The position numbers and the translations under genes are program-made. A model generated the notes under the pieces. That model searched no databases. It was not told the DNA's origin and saw nothing but the letters and a program-made list of their open reading frames with translations. DNA of 63,056 nt, counting the filler, from Octopus bimaculoides (taxonomy: Eukaryota), in the NCBI RefSeq assembly GCF_001194135.2. It is 6 parts of 6 records of this genome, joined end to end, with 100 filler letters (N's around TTAATTAATTAA, not from the genome) between each part and the next. Parts side by side here need not be neighbours in the genome. Positions count along the whole stretch, not along the records: positions 23,873 to 29,683 come from NC_068982.1; positions 29,784 to 39,706 come from NW_026362150.1; 4 more parts are not named here. The stretch is one strand, 5' to 3'. Below, piece after piece: positions 25,943 through 39,329 of this stretch (position 1 is its first letter; each line of letters begins with the position of its first letter).

Positions 25943-27207
25943 ACATAAATAGAAACATTCTTGCATCCAGATGTTCTAACCCTACCATCATGGGAATCAA
26001 GCATTGTACAATGATGATGATGATCATCATGATAATAATAAGTCCACGTAATATTTTGAAGAATAACTTCCATTATTCCTCATCAACCCTTAGAGTAACA
26101 ACCTGGTCTTGCCATTTTTACCGACTAAGAATCAACTTGTCATCTTCTATTGAAAGAAGTGAGTCACTGTAAATATATAATCACATTTTTTTCTTTCTTT
26201 ATTCCTTCCTTTCTTTCTTTCTCTTTTCCATTGACATTTAACAAAACACGTTTTTTTTCACTTTGAAAACATTTTTATTTCAGTCCCCCTGGTGAGCTGG
26301 CTGAACCAAAGTAAGCATCCGTTCTAGCCACCTATTTAATATATATTCTTTTCTTTATCTCTTTGTCTCTTGTTACACAAGCACACACACACACGCACGC
26401 ATGCACGCACACATAAACAAACACACTCTCTCTCACTTTCTCCTCCATTCACTCCCCATATCTATCTCTCTTTTCCTACCCTATAAACTATGCATTACTA
26501 CCCCGCTCTCTCCACCCTAACCCATTTATTAGTACTATAAAAAGAGACAAATCCCTTCACAAAATTTTAATCTGAAGAATCTATTAGAGTAGAGGAAAAC
26601 GCTTATATGTGATTTGTAAAAACGTGACATGTTAATAAATATTTGTATATGTACAACCATCCAGATCTCGAATACCTTATTTTTTCTAATATATAATATC
26701 TGTACATCACCTCCAAACCTTCTAATATATATATANNNNNNNNNNNNNNNNNNNNNNNNNNNNNNNNNNNNNNNNNNNNNNNNNNNNNNNNNNNNNNNNN
26801 NNNNNNNNNNNNNNNNNNNNNNNNNNNNNNNNNNNNNNNNNNNNNNNNNNNNNNNNNNNNNNNNNNNNNNNNNNNNNNNNNNNNNNNNNNNNNNNNNNNN
26901 NNNNNNNNNNNNNNNNNNNNNNNNNNNNNNNNNNNNNNNNNNNNNNNNNNNNNNNNNNNNNNNNNNNNNNNNNNNNNNNNNNNNNNNNNNNNNNNNNNNN
27001 NNNNNNNNNNNNNNNNNNNNNNNNNNNNNNNNNNNNNNNNNNNNNNNNNNNNNNNNNNNNNNNNNNNNNNNNNNNNNNNNNNNNNNNNNNNNNNNNNNNN
27101 NNNNNNNNNNNNNNNNNNNNNNNNNNNNNNNNNNNNNNNNNNNNNNNNNNNNNNNNNNNNNNNNNNNNNNNNNNNNNNNNNNNNNNNNNNNNNNNNNNNN
27201 NNNNNNN

Positions 27208-27238
<31 letters not shown>

Positions 27239-28299
27239 CATACATAAAATTATATCTACATACATACCTTTGTAATATATGATACAACGCGTATCACACT
27301 GTATTTGACCCAAAATTCGGTGAATTAAACTGGAAGTTCACCGTTCTTAGATTTGTCTTTCCTTGTTTCATGGTTTAATAGCATTATTACAAAAACCGTC
27401 ATCATGCCTTATGGTCTCGCTCTTTGCATTAGAGCACCGACGACTATTATGATAACCCTGAGAAAGTACAGCACTGAAAGCTGGCGGCCTTTCGCTTCGA
27501 AGTAAAACACCACAAAACAAAACAACAACAAACAATGACCGTCCACATGAGCTGATGATGGTAAGACACAAATTACGAAAACCCTATATTTTCCCATAAA
27601 CATTTCATGACTAAAAAAAGAAGCTCTCCGCCGCCCAACCAATCAGGCATCATAAACACATACAGTATACTGATTTAGTCATTGTTACGAGTGTTAAAAA
27701 TATAAGATGGATCGATGCAATAAATAATGGAAAGCGCTGAACTGACAAAATATATTAGGATACTCTAAATGTAGAACAAACACACAAACAAATGTGATGA
27801 TCAATTTTTAACCGGATCACAAGAGATGAACTTTAGATGACAGAAAATATATATCAAAACAATTGTTTCGTGTTATTTGTATTACGACTAAGAGTTATTA
27901 ATTCACTGAAATAATTAGTTTGTACTGTGGATTTTCCTTTATTGTGTTCATCGATTTTTGTGTAGCTCATCTCTAGATATATACAAATCGAGTAGGCCAA
28001 ACTCAAATTCTATATGTACAAGCTAAACGTATAGCGGTTTTTGGTTCACTAAATCGTTTTTCCGCCATATCTATTTCACTAAAGTCAATTCCTTCACTTC
28101 CCGCTGTTCTCTTCAGGAAATCCTAGTATTGCTTTACCATAGTCTTTTCTTCGTTGTCTTGTATTTTTTATCCAAAGGTCATTAAATGTAATATACTTTC
28201 CCTCGCCTCCTCTAAATTTCTCGCTGTCTTATTTTCGTACACTGTGTCACACATGGTTTCCATGATTTTCATACATTATTGATTCCACCATTACAAAAG

Positions 28300-28561
28300 T
28301 GTTCTTTCCTTCTTTCTCTTTCTTTTCTCTCTCTCTCTCTCTCTCTCCCTCTCTCTCTCTCTCCCTCTCTCTCTTTCTCTTTCTTTCAAACGTCCTCTCT
28401 ATCTCTCTATCTCTTTCGCTCTACCTCTCTTTCATTTTCATTCTTTCTTTCTTTCTTTTTTCTTTCTCTCTCTCACTTTCACTCACTATATCTCTCTCTT
28501 CTTCATAATCTCTCTCTCTCTGTCATTCACTCTATCACTCTCATTAGCTCTCCTCCTCCTC

Positions 28562-28600
<39 letters not shown>
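28300..28600. repeat. (CT)n-rich polypyrimidine tract
   Basis: Directly visible. Confidence 0.9.
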
Positions 28601-29026
28601 TGTCAATCGTTCAATGTCACTCTGTTTTCGTCACTACAAGATCACAAGCTATTCCACTCTCTGCACTGAGTTTTGTTCCAGACGTGTCGACTGAACTCTA
28701 ATCTCCGCAACAACTTCTTCCATATCACCAAACATCTTCGTCTTAAATTCCTTCATTTTCGTGATAAATTGAAATTCATATCAATTCCTTCTTCTAATTT
28801 GTATATTCGAGCTTATCGTATGGAACGTATCCATACTTATAAAATATGCTTAGAGTAGAAGTCTATACAAGGAAATGGGGAAATGGTCAAACATTAGAAA
28901 TTGAAGAGGATAAATACATTACAGTGACGGCTATTTAATTCTCATTTCGTATCTATCACTAAAATTCGAAAATTCCGCAGCCGATTTCATTCACATTTTA
29001 CACATGCCTTACTTAGGTTCAGTGCA

Positions 29027-29057
<31 letters not shown>

Positions 29058-29058
<1 letters not shown>

Positions 29059-29683
29059 TAGCAGTATAACCCGACGTTGTCCGGGTGTGACTTATTACGC
29101 CATCTACGATAAGTCTTGCTAGGTGAGAATCAAGTAAAAAAGAAAGCCTTACAATGAAAAAAACCCTTATGATGTAAATATGTTCATAATTCAAAAGACG
29201 AAATTAATAGGGAAAATATGAAGGCTGTTTTGTGTAACATTATGAAGTGTACGTAAATTTCATCCGTCTAATTGACTATACAAATGCTTGTGCAAAACAA
29301 GTTTTTGCACTGCCTTGGTTATACATAGCAGGGTAATTCCTTTTCGCAGGAGGTAAGACGGCAATTTCTGATGAAGCAATTGCTGGCGATCTGTTGCTAC
29401 ACAGTTCTGCCAGAATTCTATCAGATTGGGCAGTAGATGATGATGCACCGTTTTGCATTATGTTTAAAGCAGCTTCTGGAATGTGGTGAATTGCTGCAGT
29501 CTGTTGCTGTCCTTTTAAACCGGTTGCTTTCTTTCCCCAGCAAGCTCTCTTGTTTGGAGGCATAATCTATATACATATTAAACAGAACAACAAAAATTAT
29601 AACAGATGGGAGAGTCGGTAGTTTTCACATTTCGGTGATTTTTCAGATTAACACCCGCACGATTACGTAACTCTAACCCTAAA
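29058..29683 (-). mobile_element. Helitron-like element; 3' end at 29058, 5' end lost in gap
   Basis: Minus strand: GC-rich hairpin (29069-29086), 7-nt spacer, CTAG followed by T, the canonical Helitron 3' signature. Confidence 0.6.
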
Positions 29684-29783
29684 NNNNNNNNNNNNNNNNN
29701 NNNNNNNNNNNNNNNNNNNNNNNNNNNTTAATTAATTAANNNNNNNNNNNNNNNNNNNNNNNNNNNNNNNNNNNNNNNNNNNN

Positions 29784-29799
<16 letters not shown>

Positions 29800-29816
<17 letters not shown>

Positions 29817-30333
29817 GTATGTATGTATGTATAAGTATGTATCTATGTATGTGTATATGTAGGTACATGTGTTCACACACACACAAAGAAATAGAGACAA
29901 AATTTTAAATGCACACACATGTATATACATATATATTTGTATGTGTATATATTTATGCATACATTTATATATGTGTGTGTGTACATATCTATTTATGTAT
30001 GTACATATATATACATCTATGTAAGCATAAGTATATGTATATATACACATATATACATTACGCACACACGCACAAACATATGTATGTGTGTATGTGTGTA
30101 TGTATGTATAGATGTATGTACATATATCTGTATATTTTCAATAAGTTATGGTTCGCTGAGAGAAAAAAATTTCTGTTATCCACTACACACTTGCTCTTGC
30201 ATGCATACGTACATACGCACGCACACACACACACATATATACACACACATAATGTATGTATATATATTTATACACACACATACATATATATACCTATATA
30301 TATGTATATATAGGTATAAATATACCTATATAT

Positions 30334-30372
<39 letters not shown>

Positions 30373-30388
30373 GTATATATATATATAT

Positions 30389-30439
<51 letters not shown>

Positions 30440-30494
30440 TGTATGTATGTATGTATGTATGTATACACTCACTACTATACTATATATCATGAGT

Positions 30495-30528
<34 letters not shown>

Positions 30529-30605
30529 AAGAAGGAGAAGCAGTGAAATCTGTTGAGTGTAATAAGATGATAAGATGAAAGGACATATGACTGCGTGTGT
30601 TTATA

Positions 30606-30652
<47 letters not shown>

Positions 30653-31045
30653 GTGCAAAGGGAATGGTAGTTTAGTGACTTTGATGTGTCAATGTAGAAG
30701 TGATGGAAAGGCACCCACATACTTATTTATGTACAGACATACACACACACACACGCACTGACACACACACACATACACAGGCACATACGCACATATAGGA
30801 CATACACACACGCTTGTATAGACAGACGCATAAATAAACTATAAACTCCGTCGTATGTACAGATACATTCATACACACACACACATATATATACATTAAA
30901 TTCTACAAGCATAGTCATACACATAAATACATACACAAATATATATATATATACACCTTGACTAGTATACACACACAAAGGTGTTCTATTATCACAGATA
31001 TATATACATACATATAGGTATGTATATATATATATATGTACATAC

Positions 31046-31084
<39 letters not shown>

Positions 31085-31690
31085 CACACATTTGAGAACA
31101 CATACATAGTTATAACCAAACACCTATACACACACACAAAGGTTCTCTCTATGCATGAATGTATATATATATATATGTACATATACATTCATGTGTGTGT
31201 GTGTGTGTGTGTATAGATATAAATATATATGTATGCATACACACACGCATATACATACATATATACATACATTAACGTGAACGTGTTTCTATATAAATAT
31301 TAAATAAATACATACATACATAAACATACGCTCATAGATGTACACCTACATGACCTCGTTTATACACCCACACATACAGCCAAACACACACACATACATA
31401 CATACATTGATAAACAGCTGTATCCTCATGCATAAATGGATACATATACATACATACATACCTAGATTCATTTATATATACATTAGTGCATTCTTATAAA
31501 TATAGATTCACACATACATTTATATACAGAGATATTCATACATACATATATATATATGCATATATATGGGCATGCATGCATACATACATATATGCATGCA
31601 TACATACAAACATACATATATACATACATATATGCTTGCATACGTGCTTGCATGCATCTATGATGCACACACATTCATACATACATACAC
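29800..31690. repeat. Compound (AT)n/(AC)n/(ATAC)n microsatellite field
   Basis: Directly visible; source of many YI/HT/CV ORFs. Confidence 0.9.
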
Positions 31691-31744
31691 ACATGAGGGA
31701 TCAATGCTAGATGTATCGAAACAATTGTTCGTGATTAATAATAA

Positions 31745-32070
31745 AAATTCTTTGTCATCAAGATGTAGGACAACATACTGCAATAGCCTGGGCTTCAGAG
31801 GTTCACAGCTCTTCAATATCCTCCCGAAGGACCTGAGAGACCTGCATGCGGTGGATGTAGGTGTCTTCAAGATGAGGCTGGACCTCTTCCTGTCAGGTGT
31901 CCCAGATGAACCAACTTCATGGCAGGAGGTGCAGATGAGAGCAGCTGCATCAAACTCTCTCATGCACCAAATGTCAATTCCTGAAGTAAAATTGTGTAGC
32001 AACACCAAATGGCGGTGCCCCAGCATGGCCACAGCTCATGAGCTGAAACTAGATAAAATGATAAAATGAA
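31745..32070 (+). mobile_element. CR1/L2-like LINE 3' end
   Basis: NSLGFRGSQLFNILPKDLRDL...VFKMRLDLFLSGVPDEP, then tail ggcggtgccccagcatggccacagc...gaaactagataaaatgataaaatg. Confidence 0.8.
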
Positions 32071-32211
32071 ATGAAAAAATGAAAATGTATATTCCATCTT
32101 CAGTCCTTCATTTGCCATATACATAACGAACACTGCGAAAATGACCGTGCACTACCAGTAAGTTACCAGGGGTAAACCTTTCATTTTATTATCTAATACA
32201 TATATCATCAT

Positions 32212-32535
32212 CATCATCATCATCATCTAACATCCTTGTTCCATGCTGGCATGGGTGAGACAGTCTGGCAGGAGCCAGCCAGGCAGAAGTCTGCACCAGA
32301 CTTCTATAACTGTTTTGGCAGGATTTTTACAACTGGATGCCCTTCCTAACACCAACCACTTAGGAGAGTGGACTTGGTGCTTTTTATGTGGCACAAGCAC
32401 AGGCGAGGTCAGTTTTGGTAAGGTTTTTACAGCTGGATGCCCTTCCGAACACCAACCACTTTACAGTGTGGACTGGGTGCTTTCAAGTGGCACCTGCACT
32501 GACAGGGTCACCAAGTACTTGCAAGACAAAACGTT
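32212..32535 (-). mobile_element. (GAT)n-tailed RTE-type tail repeat with internal duplication
   Basis: Homologous to 46930-47125 and 39081-39125; ctggatgcccttcc.aacaccaaccact occurs twice. Confidence 0.65.
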
Positions 32536-32600
32536 TTAAGTGGGGAGGAGGCATTGGAGGAGGTGATGAGGAAAAGGTTATAGTGAGACAGATATAGGTG

Positions 32601-32714
32601 TCGGCCCAAGGCTATAGTAGAAGACACTTACCCAAGGTGCCACGCAGTGGGACTGAACCTGGAACCATGTGGTTGGTAAGCAAGCTACTTACCACACAGC
32701 CACTCCTGCACCAT
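32601..32714 (-). mobile_element. SINE family A 5' part
   Basis: Near-identical to 35755-35865. Confidence 0.88.
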
Positions 32715-33326
32715 ACNNNNNNNNNNNNNNNNNNNNNNNNNNNNNNNNNNNNNNNNNNNNNNNNNNNNNNNNNNNNNNNNNNNNNNNNNNNNNNNNNNNN
32801 NNNNNNNNNNNNNNNNNNNNNNNNNNNNNNNNNNNNNNNNNNNNNNNNNNNNNNNNNNNNNNNNNNNNNNNNNNNNNNNNNNNNNNNNNNNNNNNNNNNN
32901 NNNNNNNNNNNNNNNNNNNNNNNNNNNNNNNNNNNNNNNNNNNNNNNNNNNNNNNNNNNNNNNNNNNNNNNNNNNNNNNNNNNNNNNNNNNNNNNNNNNN
33001 NNNNNNNNNNNNNNNNNNNNNNNNNNNNNNNNNNNNNNNNNNNNNNNNNNNNNNNNNNNNNNNNNNNNNNNNNNNNNNNNNNNNNNNNNNNNNNNNNNNN
33101 NNNNNNNNNNNNNNNNNNNNNNNNNNNNNNNNNNNNNNNNNNNNNNNNNNNNNNNNNNNNNNNNNNNNNNNNNNNNNNNNNNNNNNNNNNNNNNNNNNNN
33201 NNNNNNNNNNNNNNNNNNNNNNNNNNNNNNNNNNNNNNNNNNNNNNNNNNNNNNNNNNNNNNNNNNNNNNNNNNNNNNNNNNNNNNNNNNNNNNNNNNNN
33301 NNNNNNNNNNNNNNNNNNNNNNNNNN

Positions 33327-33396
<70 letters not shown>

Positions 33397-33402
33397 TAGG
33401 GG

Positions 33403-33514
33403 TAGGTGTGGCTGTGTGACAAGAAGCAACCACATGATTCCTGGTTCAGTCTCATTGAGTGGCACCTTTGGCAAGTGTCTTCTATTATAGCCTTGGGCCA
33501 ACCAAAACCTTGTG
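33403..33514 (+). mobile_element. SINE family A 5' part
   Basis: gtggctgtgtgac...ggttcagt...ggcaagtgtcttctattatagcc. Confidence 0.8.
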
Positions 33515-33649
33515 TTTGTTTCAAGTTTGTGTGGACCAGAGGTCCTCAACCATTTTCTGCCTCGTTTCTAGTTTGTGTGGACCAGAGGTTCTCAACCATT
33601 TTCTTAAGAATTTTCGGTCATCGATTCCTATTTTTCCTGGGTCCATCCT

Positions 33650-33784
33650 CAAAACCATTCAACCCTGAAGGGATGAAAAGCAAAGTTGACCTGGGTGGAA
33701 TTTGAACTCAGAACATAAAGACGGTTGAAATGCCACAAAGCAATTCGCCCAGCAAGCTAACAATTCTGCCTGCTCACCACCTTA
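33650..33784 (-). mobile_element. SINE family B
   Basis: caaagttgacctgggtggaatttgaactcagaac...attctgcc.gctcaccacctt. Confidence 0.75.
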
Positions 33785-33805
33785 AGAAACAACAACAACA
33801 ACAAC

Positions 33806-33839
<34 letters not shown>

Positions 33840-33920
33840 GTTGTTGTTGTTGATGTTTTGTTGTTGTTGTTATTATTATTACTATTATTATTATTATTAT
33901 TATCATCATCATTATTATTA

Positions 33921-34114
33921 TAATCCTTTCTACCGAAGGCACAAGGCCTGAAATTTGGTCGGAGGGAACTGGTTGAGGGCATTGTTCCCCCAGTATTTCT
34001 CCGGTACTTAATTTATTAACCCCCAAAAGGATGAAAGGCAAAGTCAACCTCGACGGAATTTGAACTCAGAATGTAGCAACAGGCGAAATACCACTAAGCC
34101 TTTTGTGCAGCGTG
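33921..34114 (-). mobile_element. SINE family B
   Basis: ggcacaaggcctgaaatt tail; gatgaaaggcaaagtcaacctcgacggaatttgaactcagaa. Confidence 0.8.
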
Positions 34115-35092
34115 AATAATAATGATGATGATGATGATGATGATGATGACTTATAATTTCCATCTATTAGTATGCAGAATTTCAATTCTCCTCCTTACCC
34201 TCTCATGCCTATTTTCTTTCCTTCCTTCTCTTCCCCCCCCCTCTCTCTTGCTTTGTAGTCTTCCCATAATTCTTCATAATGTGCATGCTTGATGGGTGGT
34301 CAATAGATNNNNNNNNNNNNNNNNNNNNNNNNNNNNNNNNNNNNNNNNNNNNNNNNNNNNNNNNNNNNNNNNNNNNNNNNNNNNNNNNNNNNNNNNNNNN
34401 NNNNNNNNNNNNNNNNNNNNNNNNNNNNNNNNNNNNNNNNNNNNNNNNNNNNNNNNNNNNNNNNNNNNNNNNNNNNNNNNNNNNNNNNNNNNNNNNNNNN
34501 NNNNNNNNNNNNNNNNNNNNNNNNNNNNNNNNNNNNNNNNNNNNNNNNNNNNNNNNNNNNNNNNNNNNNNNNNNNNNNNNNNNNNNNNNNNNNNNNNNNN
34601 NNNNNNNNNNNNNNNNNNNNNNNNNNNNNNNATGGAGGGGGAACAGATTATGGTTGAAGGGAGGCTGATGGCATCAGTGATGGTTGATGTAGTGGTGGTG
34701 CTGCTGGTGGATCAGGGTGTTGATGGCGGTGATGATGGAAGTGGTAGTGGTGGTGGTTTTGGTAGCGATAGTAATACTGATGGTAGTGTGGGTGGTGGTG
34801 TTGGTGGTGGAAGTGACGATGATGCGATGATGCCGATAGTAGTGTGTGGGTGTTGGCATGTTAGGGTAGGAAGGTGGTTGCTGTTATTATAGTTGATGTC
34901 TGATCAAACACACCTAGGTTCAAAGGCTTTACAGCTTGACCATCCTGTCTTTTGCTTATCTACAAAGGACCCAGCAGAATATTATCCAGTCATTCCTTTC
35001 TTAAGAGAGTAGGGTGCGATTCGAGGGAGGTTTGACTGCTATCTCTGACAGGTTTAGCTGCCATGCAGAGGTCTCCTTCACTGACTCATACA

Positions 35093-35865
35093 TACTCTTT
35101 TACTCTTTTATTTGTTTCAGTCATGTGATTGTGGCCATGCTGGAGCACCGCCTTTAGTCGAGCAAATCGACCCCAGGACTTATTCTTTGTAAGTCTAGTA
35201 CTTATTCTATCAGTCTCTTTTTGCCGAACCGCTAAGTTACGGGGACGTAATCACACCAGCATCGGTTGTCAAGCGATGGTGTGGGGTGGGGGGACAAACA
35301 CAGATACACAAACATACANNNNNNNNNNNNNNNNNNNNNNNNNNNNNNNNNNNNNNNNNNNNNNNNNNNNNNNNNNNNNNNNNNNNNNNNNNNNNNNNNN
35401 NNNNNNNNNNNNNNNNNNNNNNNNNNNNNNNNNNNNNNNNNNNNNNNNNNNNNNNNNNNNNNNNNNNNNNNNNNNNNNNNNNNNNNNNNNNNNNNNNNNN
35501 NNNNNNNNNNNNNNNNNNNNNNNNNNNNNNNNNNNNNNNNNNNNNNNNNNNNNNNNNNNNNNNNNNNNNNNNNNNNNNNNNNNNNNNNNNNNNNNNNNNN
35601 NNNNNNNNNNNNNNNNNNNNNNNNNNNNNNNNNNNNNNNNNNNNNNNNNNNNNNNNNNNNNNNNNNNNNNNNNNNNNNNNNNNNNNNNNNNNATATATAT
35701 ACATAGGCTTCTTTCAGTTTCCATCTACCAAATCCACTCACAAGGCTTTGGTCGACCCGAGGCTATAGTAGAAGACACTCGCCCAAGGTGCCACGCAGTG
35801 GGACTGAACCCGGAACCATGTGGTTGGTAAGCAAGCTACTTACCACACAGCCACTCCTAAGCCTA
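35093..35865 (-). mobile_element. SINE family A, full-length young copy (central microsatellite in gap)
   Basis: Head, CORE-like segment, microsatellite, 3' body and (TAAAAGAG) tail are all colinear with 61978-62380. Confidence 0.9.
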
Positions 35866-35869
35866 TATC

Positions 35870-35918
<49 letters not shown>

Positions 35919-35952
35919 AGTATATACATACATACACACACACTCATAAGAT

Positions 35953-36707
35953 AGTAAGATATGATTTGAGAAAGATTTGGCCACTATTTCTATCAGGTTT
36001 AGCTACCATGTAGTGGTCTCCTTCATTGATTCATACATATATACATACAGAAGACAGAAGGATATCATTTGATGGACATTTGGCTGATATTTCTACCAGG
36101 TCAAGCTACCATGTAGAGTTCTCCCTTATTGGGTCATAAAATATATACATACAGAATACAATGTAAGTACCATGCAGAGGTCTTCCTCATTGGCTCATAC
36201 ACAAATATCTACATAAAGAAACCAGTAGGCCATGATATGAGGTAGATTTGGCTGCTATTACTACCAGGTTTAACTACCATGTAGGTTTGTCCCTCATTGG
36301 CTCATATATACATATGACTCTAGGGTGCGATCTGAAGGAGATTTGGCTGCTATTTGTTGCAAGTCTCACTACCATGTAGAGGTCTTCCTTACTGGTTCAA
36401 GTGTGTGAGTTCAGGGAGATTTGGCTGCTATTTCTACCAGATCCAACTACCATGTAGAGTTCTCTGTTATTGGCTCATACATATATACATGCATACATAC
36501 ATAAAACAGTAGGTGTGATTTGAGGGAGATTTGGCTGTTATTTCTACCAGTTGTAGCTACCATGTAGAGATCTCTCTCACTGACTCATACATACATATAT
36601 ACATGCATAAGACAGTAGGGTGGTATTTGAGGGAGATTTGGCTGTTATTTCTAGCAGATTCAGATCCAGCTACCATGCAGAGTTCTTGCTTATTGGCTCA
36701 TATATAT
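35953..36707. repeat. Tandem array of about 100-bp units (8 copies, one partial, plus one at 35008-35092)
   Basis: Core gggagatttggctgctatttctaccag..gctaccatgtagag..cattggctcata with variable (CATA)-rich spacers; runs into a gap. Confidence 0.9.
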
Positions 36708-39329
36708 NNNNNNNNNNNNNNNNNNNNNNNNNNNNNNNNNNNNNNNNNNNNNNNNNNNNNNNNNNNNNNNNNNNNNNNNNNNNNNNNNNNNNNNNNNNNN
36801 NNNNNNNNNNNNNNNNNNNNNNNNNNNNNNNNNNNNNNNNNNNNNNNNNNNNNNNNNNNNNNNNNNNNNNNNNNNNNNNNNNNNNNNNNNNNNNNNNNNN
36901 NNNNNNNNNNNNNNNNNNNNNNNNNNNNNNNNNNNNNNNNNNNNNNNNNNNNNNNNNNNNNNNNNNNNNNNNNNNNNNNNNNNNNNNNNNNNNNNNNNNN
37001 NNNNNNNNNNNNNNNNNNNNNNNNNNNNNNNNNNNNNNNNNNNNNNNNNNNNNNNNNNNNNNNNNNNNNNNNNNNNNNNNNNNNNNNNNNNNNNNNNNNN
37101 NNNNNNNNNNNNNNNNNNNNNNNNNNNNNNNNNNNNNNNNNNNNNNNNNNNNNNNNNNNNNNNNNNNNNNNNNNNNNNNNNNNNNNNNNNNNNNNNNNNN
37201 NNNNNNNNNNNNNNNNNNNNNNNNNNNNNNNNNNNNNNNNNNNNNNNNNNNNNNNNNNNNNNNNNNNNNNNNNNNNNNNNNNNNNNNNNNNNNNNNNNNN
37301 NNNNNNNNNNNNNNNNNNNNNNNNNNNNNNNNNNNNNNNNNNNNNNNNNNNNNNNNNNNNNNNNNNNNNNNNNNNNNNNNNNNNNNNNNNNNNNNNNNNN
37401 NNNNNNNNNNNNNNNNNNNNNNNNNNNNNNNNNNNNNNNNNNNNNNNNNNNNNNNNNNNNNNNNNNNNNNNNNNNNNNNNNNNNNNNNNNNNNNNNNNNN
37501 NNNNNNNNNNNNNNNNNNNNNNNNNNNNNNNNNNNNNNNNNNNNNNNNNNNNNNNNNNNNNNNNNNNNNNNNNNNNNNNNNNNNNNNNNNNNNNNNNNNA
37601 TAGAAGACAGCCGAGGATGAAAGGGGTGGCGGGTGGATTTATGCCATTATGGTTGTTCTCCTATTATGGAAACTTACTCATCACTTCCACCTCCTTGCTG
37701 CCATTTCTGCACTGCCCCCACACCCAACACCCTTGCCTCAACTTCTGCACCATCAACGCCACCACCACTAACACTGCCACCACCATCACCACCACCACTA
37801 CCACTACCATCATCACCACTACAAATGCCACCACCACCACTACCATCATCACCACTACAAATGTCACCACCACCACCACCACCATATACACTACCACCAG
37901 CCCTCCTCACCTCCACTTTTGCACACCACCCCCAACATAAGGGACCACCACTACAAATGACTATCAACAAGACATTAACTTATTCTCCCTATCTACAACC
38001 CCCACTCCATCACCACATTTTGCACCCCATTTTCACATACCCCTTTCCCAGCCTTGTTTACACTCCCAGTTCCAATTAATACTGCTCTACCCCACCCTCT
38101 GTTATTAAACCCCTTTTTTAACCCCTCATAACAAGATGGTGACTCTGAGATTGAGCTCTGAAGATGGAGTGGAGTGGTTGTATGTGGTATCACACACACA
38201 CACACATAAATACATANNNNNNNNNNNNNNNNNNNNNNNNNNNNNNNNNNNNNNNNNNNNNNNNNNNNNNNNNNNNNNNNNNNNNNNNNNNNNNNNNNNN
38301 NNNNNNNNNNNNNNNNNNNNNNNNNNNNNNNNNNNNNNNNNNNNNNNNNNNNNNNNNNNNNNNNNNNNNNNNNNNNNNNNNNNNNNNNNNNNNNNNNNNN
38401 NNNNNNNNNNNNNNNNNNNNNNNNNNNNNNNNNNNNNNNNNNNNNNNNNNNNNNNNNNNNNNNNNNNNNNNNNNNNNNNNNNNNNNNNNNNNNNNNNNNN
38501 NNNNNNNNNNNNNNNNNNNNNNNNNNNNNNNNNNNNNNNNNNNNNNNNNNNNNNNNNNNNNNNNNNNNNNNNNNNNNNNNNNNNNNNNNNNNNNNNNNNN
38601 NNNNNNNNNNNNNNNNNNNNNNNNNNNNNNNNNNNNNNNNNNNNNNNNNNNNNNNNNNNNNNNNNNNNNNNNNNNNNNNNNNNNNNNNNNNNNNNNNNNN
38701 NNNNNNNNNNNNNNNNNNNNNNNNNNNNNNNNNNNNNNNNNNNNNNNNNNNNNNNNNNNNNNNNNNNNNNNNNNNNNNNNNNNNNNNNNNNNNNNNNNNN
38801 NNNNNNNNNNNNNNNNNNNNNNNNNNNNNNNNNNNNNNNNNNNNNNNNNNNNNNNNNNNNNNNNNNNNNNNNNNNNNNNNNNNNNNNNNNNNNNNNNNNN
38901 NNNNNNNNNNNNNNNNNNNNNNNNNNNNNNNNNNNNNNNNNNNNNNNNNNNNNNNNNNNNNNNNNNNNNNNNNNNNNNNNNNNNNNNNNNNNNNNNNNNN
39001 NNNNNNNNNNNNNNNNNNNNNNNNNNNNNNNNNNNNNNNNNNNNNNNNNNNNNNNNNNNNNNNNNNNNNNNNNNNNNNNNTGCTAGCATGGAAAGCGGAT
39101 GTTAAACGATGATGATGATGATGATATACAGCATGCGACTGGTAAATTTTCGCCATTTTATATTCTTAATTTCGTGCATGCACATTCTTTGTTTTTCATT
39201 TTGTCAACTACACATTATAGTAGGGTCAGTTGAGTACCATCTGGAAGAAAGACAGCACCATGATTCAATTCATTCTGCCAGAAATTTGGAAACGGCTTTC
39301 AGAGTGTTTGGGTGTCAGTCTGTTGGTTT

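Noticed and set aside
35953-36707. CRISPR-like appearance of repeat/spacer arrays (also 5673-5753)
   Set aside because: Repeats are divergent or contiguous, spacers are low-complexity, there are no cas genes, and the context is eukaryotic.
37740-37900. Mucin-like Thr/Pro-rich frames
   Set aside because: Degenerate (ACC/ACT)n low-complexity DNA, open in several frames, with no splice signals.
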